A DNA stretch of 64,000 nt. Source: Rhynchopus sp. YZ270_cl-10. Its lineage: Eukaryota. The translations under genes and the position numbers were made by a program. Each line of letters starts with the position of its first letter. Position 1 is the stretch's first letter. The stretch lies in assembly GCA_964035575.1 (NCBI GenBank), contig OZ037833.1, positions 1,240,001 through 1,304,000 on the forward strand. Direction: 5' to 3'. Under the pieces are notes generated by a model. The model had not been told where the DNA came from. It saw nothing but the letters and a program-made list of their open reading frames with translations, and did not search any database. Of the stretch, positions 60,501-64,000 are shown one piece after another.

Positions 60501-62211
60501 TTCCACACCGGAGCCGCTTCCACGCTTTCTACACTTTTGTTTAAGATACGCACCTGAGGCTTGTGTCTACCTTTTTTTGTCCACTTGCCTCTCGACAAGG
60601 TTGGCTTTGAGAACAACGGAACTTCCTCATAGAGGGGGTTTTCCCCCTTGAAAACTTGGTTGTATTAGTGTAGACACCCGAGGATGAACTCCACTATACA
60701 AAACGCTTTACCCCTTTTTGTCAGGACCCCCTCAACCTCCTTAAGAGCATTTGACGTCCTTTTCGGCGCTTTATAACACATTATTAAAACTACCGTGCCA
60801 CTTTCAATCTGTTCCCTGTACCCCCCTCATCCTCCACCCACAGGGCGCACTGCAGTTCAACGAGATCTTCCACCACTGCCTCACCTCTGGCAAGCGCCCT
60901 GCACAACGTGCCTTTCTCTCTAGCTGGAAGAGCTTCATGCTTGACGAAGCAGAGGCACACTACAAGGCTAACCCCGACGACTACATCGCGGTATGCACGT
61001 GGTCCCCCTTCAGCCCCGTCAGGCTCTTTAGATAAGGCAACGAAAGGAGCAGAGCGCCAAAGGCGTGACGTTACTTTTGATTTACTTTCTTTTTCCATTG
61101 CGTTGCTGTGCCATTAACTCTGTTACACGAGAGGCACAGTCGTCTTTCAAGTTTTCTTTTGTGTCCACCACACCCCTTCCCCCCTCAGCTGTGCTACGAC
61201 ATCTCTGACTACGAGGAGTGCTTCTGGAACTACCGTACCAACGCATACTGCACACCTGAAGAGGCAGAACAGTTTGACGAGGTGCTGGAGCAGGTCTTTG
61301 CGACCAAGGGCAGCTTTCTGGACGAGGCCGTGCAGGACAAGACCACATCGCACTTCACTGCTGCGTGCGGGGCGAGCGTTGCTACCACATCGATGCAGGG
61401 CTGGCGCTCTGCGAATGAAGACGCGCATGTCTTAGAGCAGCTTCAGCCTGGGTGTCTGCTGACTGCGATTCTAGACGGTCATGGCGGGTCTCGTGTCGCA
61501 GAGCACTGCGCACGGCACCTTGCGCGTCACGTGGCAGCGCATCTCCCTGACATCGACTTCTCATCCAAGCCTGCCACATCTGCCGCACGCAGCCCTCTGC
61601 AAGCCGCCCTCCAAGCCGCCTTCCTTGCTGTCGACGACGACGTCGAAACCAACATGAACCCCGACCACTACGGCGCAGCAGGCACCACCCTCAACGCACT
61701 CCTCCTCACACCACACCACTACGTTGTCGCCAACACGGGAGACTCTCGCCTCATTGTCATCCGCGAAGCTGCAGGCACCGCCTCAGTCGAACGCCTCAGC
61801 CACGACCACAAGCCCGACTCCCCAAGAGAGCAGGCACGTATCACAGAGGCAGGTGGGCATGTTTCCGATGGTAGGGTTGAGGGGCTGCTTGCGGTGAGTC
61901 GCGCGTTGGGTGACTTTGATTTTAAACAGGCAGGAGGGTTGGATCCGTGCCGTCAAGAGGTAACAGCGTTTCCGGATGTGGAGTTGTGTGAGCGGCGTCC
62001 AGAGGACATCGCGGTGCTGCAGGCGTGCGACGGCATCTGGGACTGCATGAGTGATGCGGAGGTCGGCGACTTCGTTGTCTCACGCCTCCAAAAAGGCCTC
62101 CCACACACCGAGATCGCAGAAGCCATCTGCAACCACTGCCTTGCCCCTGAAATATGCGAGTCCGGATTAGGCACAGACAATATGAGTCTGCACCTTCTGG
62201 TTATGCGGTGA
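54577..62211 (+). CDS. Protein phosphatase 2C (PPM family), ~470 aa. Exons 54577-54678, 60287-60427, 60844-60990, 61189-62211
   Basis: MQGWRSANEDAH, ILDGHGG, AGTT, ANTGDSR, DHKP, LAVSRALGD, ACDGIWD and GTDNMS motifs in exon 4. Upstream exons join in phase 0 via GT...CAG introns; exon 1 is the least certain. Confidence 0.85.
55061..56059 (+). CDS. Gag-like ORF1 of the YR retrotransposon (332 aa)
   Basis: Cys-rich zinc-finger-like N-terminus (CVFPQC..CRMC..CPVC), coiled coil, basic (KGG)n tail; first ORF of the element. Confidence 0.75.
   Translation: MSRADMRLDDVKWEEIKVVSEVPKGALAPTQIPDCVFPQCGETHSDGESGTCRMCGRRTTTACLTANLQAHGDALDTFSVGFKDTTWVCPVCAVRVHQGVQQWDMRDKSEGKEAEPDQQGGLLQRVKDPASQQLFEALLAEREAHRQEREEMRLERDEVTRGLTGTLIQRVSSWYGRMRFPAMQQMARHALYERYGRGAEDAGTAASGTEHEIRTLYGVILPLLPLVVAHPEAREAVHRGVLRMESVRLRTYYGHDAAVLWETRMQHILCADLTEQLLRAVTAQAQTAGEKEAEQRKRRRIEGDSNFAQGDVRFGQKGGKGGKGGKGGKGKK
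56145..56537 (+). repeat. Internal tandem repeat, ~5 copies of 75-81 bp
   Basis: Units start at 56165, 56246, 56321, 56396 and 56471. All periods are multiples of 3. Confidence 0.95.
56555..57520 (+). CDS. Tyrosine recombinase (frame is open from 56060 and is the same frame as gag)
   Basis: Catalytic set R (GAARHSDV), K (TKND), HxxR (PHSLRRGA), H (TRHKT) and Y (LLQYA) is complete. Confidence 0.92.
   Translation: MQGRTADRVETGLQRRLRQEPCTLGRPRRYEGGHLTLEERDKITTNANLILDQALAKSTWGNIASCYRRFAEFRKAWEEAEGVLDVPTAIILWVSKKLEMDGIAHSSALAYTYAISSARKHLLEKPVESTKLDAFRRGLRRMGAEVPRVQAIPATREEAEQAMREESDPEVRLAIGLMWYGAARHSDVMSIAAREVTTQGDTSAITWRGTKNDPFGKGQTTGLTLDKGMTQLLHRAKRGNQGQLLQHASYFKVAKALKKVNKKLTPHSLRRGAIHRLVTRDVELEDVCKVTRHKTVEGLLQYAPLAATTLVKKTAAISQLL
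57517..59211 (+). CDS. Reverse transcriptase-RNase H (frame is open from upstream of 56056)
   Basis: FTVAKKSGELRLVVDARRLN, DGVSYFYQIPL, LCMGWSWSP, WVDNF; RNase H WTDAS...LKEM...RIDN...VADEFTR. The ATG overlaps the YR stop (ATGA). Confidence 0.92.
   Translation: MRKLLGVQRFPQQTQSTIRRVSFSEILTPSVQAYDTSNEEPDSYSAGFEAWYDNDFSVEVEGEHVRPDSRREPRGQMARISSNRMDLDAIRRMDAEGETDQVLDVITNFDRFMSLFTEKPPNKLSRGTSRHMAQYASALREWGVVEAAEGGDGVVLPAFTVAKKSGELRLVVDARRLNRIMVRPPEMRLPLIRDVVRDIVVSEAVCVADGVSYFYQIPLAHEIRKYFSLRLAGARGSTEDVQLAVLCMGWSWSPAIAQRISRVLVGRQNIAWVDNFLLLGKSSALAAEEYRKFKGRCDTAQVELHEEEGGRPQQRFEALGLEFDLTVKGFRSTEKWVAKLVESAEVKAAIEGGTSPRAFFKVVGSIVWWMYTRDRRLCFFPSMIGAVRSVAKHATTEQSWDHSVTIQQGAVREIKGCIEEICENVWVPQKGLGTATLVVWTDASSTAWAAVTDWRQGAQGAFQSTEKEHHIFLKEMWAAFMGIRLASSLGFTGGTLTLRIDNLPVVRCLEKGHSGNYLANLMMQEMFLLADRKGMAVRPLWVCTAEQVADEFTRGSQIEQIVGI
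59290..59770 (+). repeat. Tandem array of eight 63/64-bp units (127-bp higher-order dimer) in the element 3' region
   Basis: GTACCGCCCG at 59295, 59358, 59422, 59485, 59549, 59612, 59676 and 59739. Confidence 0.95.
60648..60709 (-). repeat. Dispersed mini-element, family 1, in PP2C intron 2
   Basis: Reverse complement reads AAAGCGTTTTGTATAGTGGAGTTCATCCTCGGGTGTCTACACTAATACAACCAAGTTTTCAA. Confidence 0.9.
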
Positions 62212-62544
62212 CGTGGAGGGGGGGGTCCTCAGGGAGGAGTTAGTTTAAAAGTGATGTAGTTGTGTTGGGTTTGGGGGAGTGGGGGGGTTGAGTGGGTATT
62301 GCGTACTACACGTTTTTATGAAAAAAAAAAAAAAAAGCAAAAAAAAATATTCAGAAAAATTTTATATGAAGAAGGAAAAATAGTCCAGAAAAAAAGATAA
62401 AGGAAATTACCCTTTCCCGTACTTTCTTCCAAACGTTGTCCCGTTTTTTTTTAAAAAGTGATTTGGTTTTTTGATCTCATATTATGCGTGTGTAATGTTG
62501 TACAGAACAACTTTTTTTTTTTTTTTTTTTTTTTTGCGATTTTC

Positions 62545-62993
62545 CATGGATGTAGAAAGTACGTGACGAAAAAAAAGTACTTTTTTTCCAAAAATCGGGT
62601 TACGTGATACTTCACGTACGTGACGTTTTTTGAAAAAGTATTTTACGTGATTTACGTGATTTCGAAAAAAAAACGAAAAAAAGTACTTTTTTTTTTTTGA
62701 AAAAAAAAAAGTACTTTTTTTTTCACGTGAAAATCAACGTACGTGAAAATATTGGAGCGTTTTCGGCCATAAAAATGCCCGAAAACACCCGCATTTGCAT
62801 TTCCGGAATCCGCCCATTCTGTGGTGGGGGATATACAGAAAAATGGACAAAATTTTAGTGGCTAAAATTTTCACGAAATATGAACCCACACCCAAATGGG
62901 TAAAAAAGTACTTTTTTTTTTTCATTTTTCGTCACGTACTTTTTTACTTTTTTTTTTTAAAAAAAAGTACGTGAAGTACTTTCTACATCCATG
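62545..62993. mobile_element. 449-bp MITE with CATG termini (P-element-like)
   Basis: Perfect 18-bp TIRs CATGGATGTAGAAAGTAC, near-TSD GATTTTC/AATTTTC, internal ACGTGA and AAGTACTT repeats. Confidence 0.8.
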
Positions 62994-63019
62994 AATTTTC
63001 TTTTCAAAAAAAAAAAAAA

Positions 63020-63069
63020 ATAGTGGAGCACACTCTAGGGTGGCTACACTAATACAACCAAGTTTTCAA
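63020..63069 (+). repeat. Dispersed mini-element, family 1
   Basis: ATAGTGGAGCACACTCTAGGGTGGCTACACTAATACAACCAAGTTTTCAA followed by an A-rich tract. Confidence 0.85.
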
Positions 63070-63198
63070 AAAACAAACAAACAAAAATCTTCCCCTCCCG
63101 ACATTGAGTAAAGTCTTTACCCAGTAAAGTGTGTGTCGTCACAGTAACAAAACAAATACCATAGTTGGTTGTTCTGCACACAAACAAAAATAAAAAAA

Positions 63199-63625
63199 CA
63201 TAGATACAGAATGCGCATCATGCGCAAATTGTGTAAAAAACACAAATTGTCATGCGCATATTTTTTTGTGTTTTTTCTAAGAGAAAAACACAAAATTTTG
63301 CGCATTTAGAAAAACACACAAAATTTTGCGCGTCATGCGCATTATGCGCATTCTGATGCGCATATTTTTTGTGTGTTTTTCTAAAATGCGCATGTTTTTT
63401 TGTGTTTTTTTGGTATGCGCATCACACATATGCGTTATGCGCATACCAAAAAAACACAAAAAGACATGCGCATGAAGAAAAACACAAAAAAATATGCGCA
63501 TCCACTTTTGTTTTTTTGTATGCGCATGACATAAAAAAAACACACAAAAAACATGCGCATAACACAATTATGCGCATTATGCGCATTATGCGCATCATGC
63601 GCATGATGCGCATTCTCTAGCTATG
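63199..63625. mobile_element. 427-bp MITE with CATAG termini and many TGCGCA motifs
   Basis: 28-bp TIRs CATAGMTASAGAATGCGCATCATGCGCA (2 mismatches), inserted in an A-tract. Confidence 0.8.
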
Positions 63626-64000
63626 AAAAAAGGGCTGGTTTTTTTGTTTTTTTTCGTTTTTTTTGTACAGTGTGTCCACTCCTCCGGGTGGTCGACACTG
63701 ATGCAGTCATTAAGCTCTCAAAGAAAAAACACAATCAACCTGAATTGATGCACGCAAGCCTCCACAAGCGTGCACAAAACGTGAACACAACGGTACCCAA
63801 TGTGTCACGAAGAACGTGGTCAACAAAAAGGTGGAGATTTGCACAAACTGTGGCAACTACACTAATCAAACAATTTTATCAAAAAAACAAAAAAAAACAA
63901 AAACCAAAAAGGTCCGAGTGAAGATTGTCTGAATGTCAGCTACACTACATCGTACATAATAAAATGCCAATTTATTCCAACCAAAAACCCAATGAAAAAA

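Overview
Eukaryotic genomic DNA, not prokaryotic. By inference it is a euglenozoan, most likely a diplonemid: all host genes lie on the + strand, cis-introns are GT-AG with GTATG donors, and there is an amastin-like gene and a VIPER-like element. Main contents: (1) a 4-exon gene for a ~6,459-aa type I membrane protein with 4 VWA domains, Cys-rich/EGF-like arrays, kringle/FnII-like inserts, a TM helix and an acidic tail. (2) Housekeeping genes: U2AF65-like, a PTS1-bearing SDR, GnT-I/MGAT1, FIP1-like, PEX14, amastin-like, an ORC/Cdc6-family ATPase, SRR1-like, PP2C and two hypothetical ORFs. (3) An apparently intact 5.3-kb tyrosine-recombinase retrotransposon (gag-YR-RT/RNase H, split direct repeats A...B-A-B, TATTTT at both ends) inside intron 1 of the PP2C gene. 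Its layout suggests both stop readthrough and -1 frameshifting at the end of gag. (4) Non-autonomous elements (piggyBac-, hAT-, CACTA/EnSpm- and P-like MITEs), two families of very short dispersed repeats ending in TTTCAA, and two G-quadruplex-prone microsatellites just upstream of start codons. All family calls come from motifs read by eye; no searches were run.
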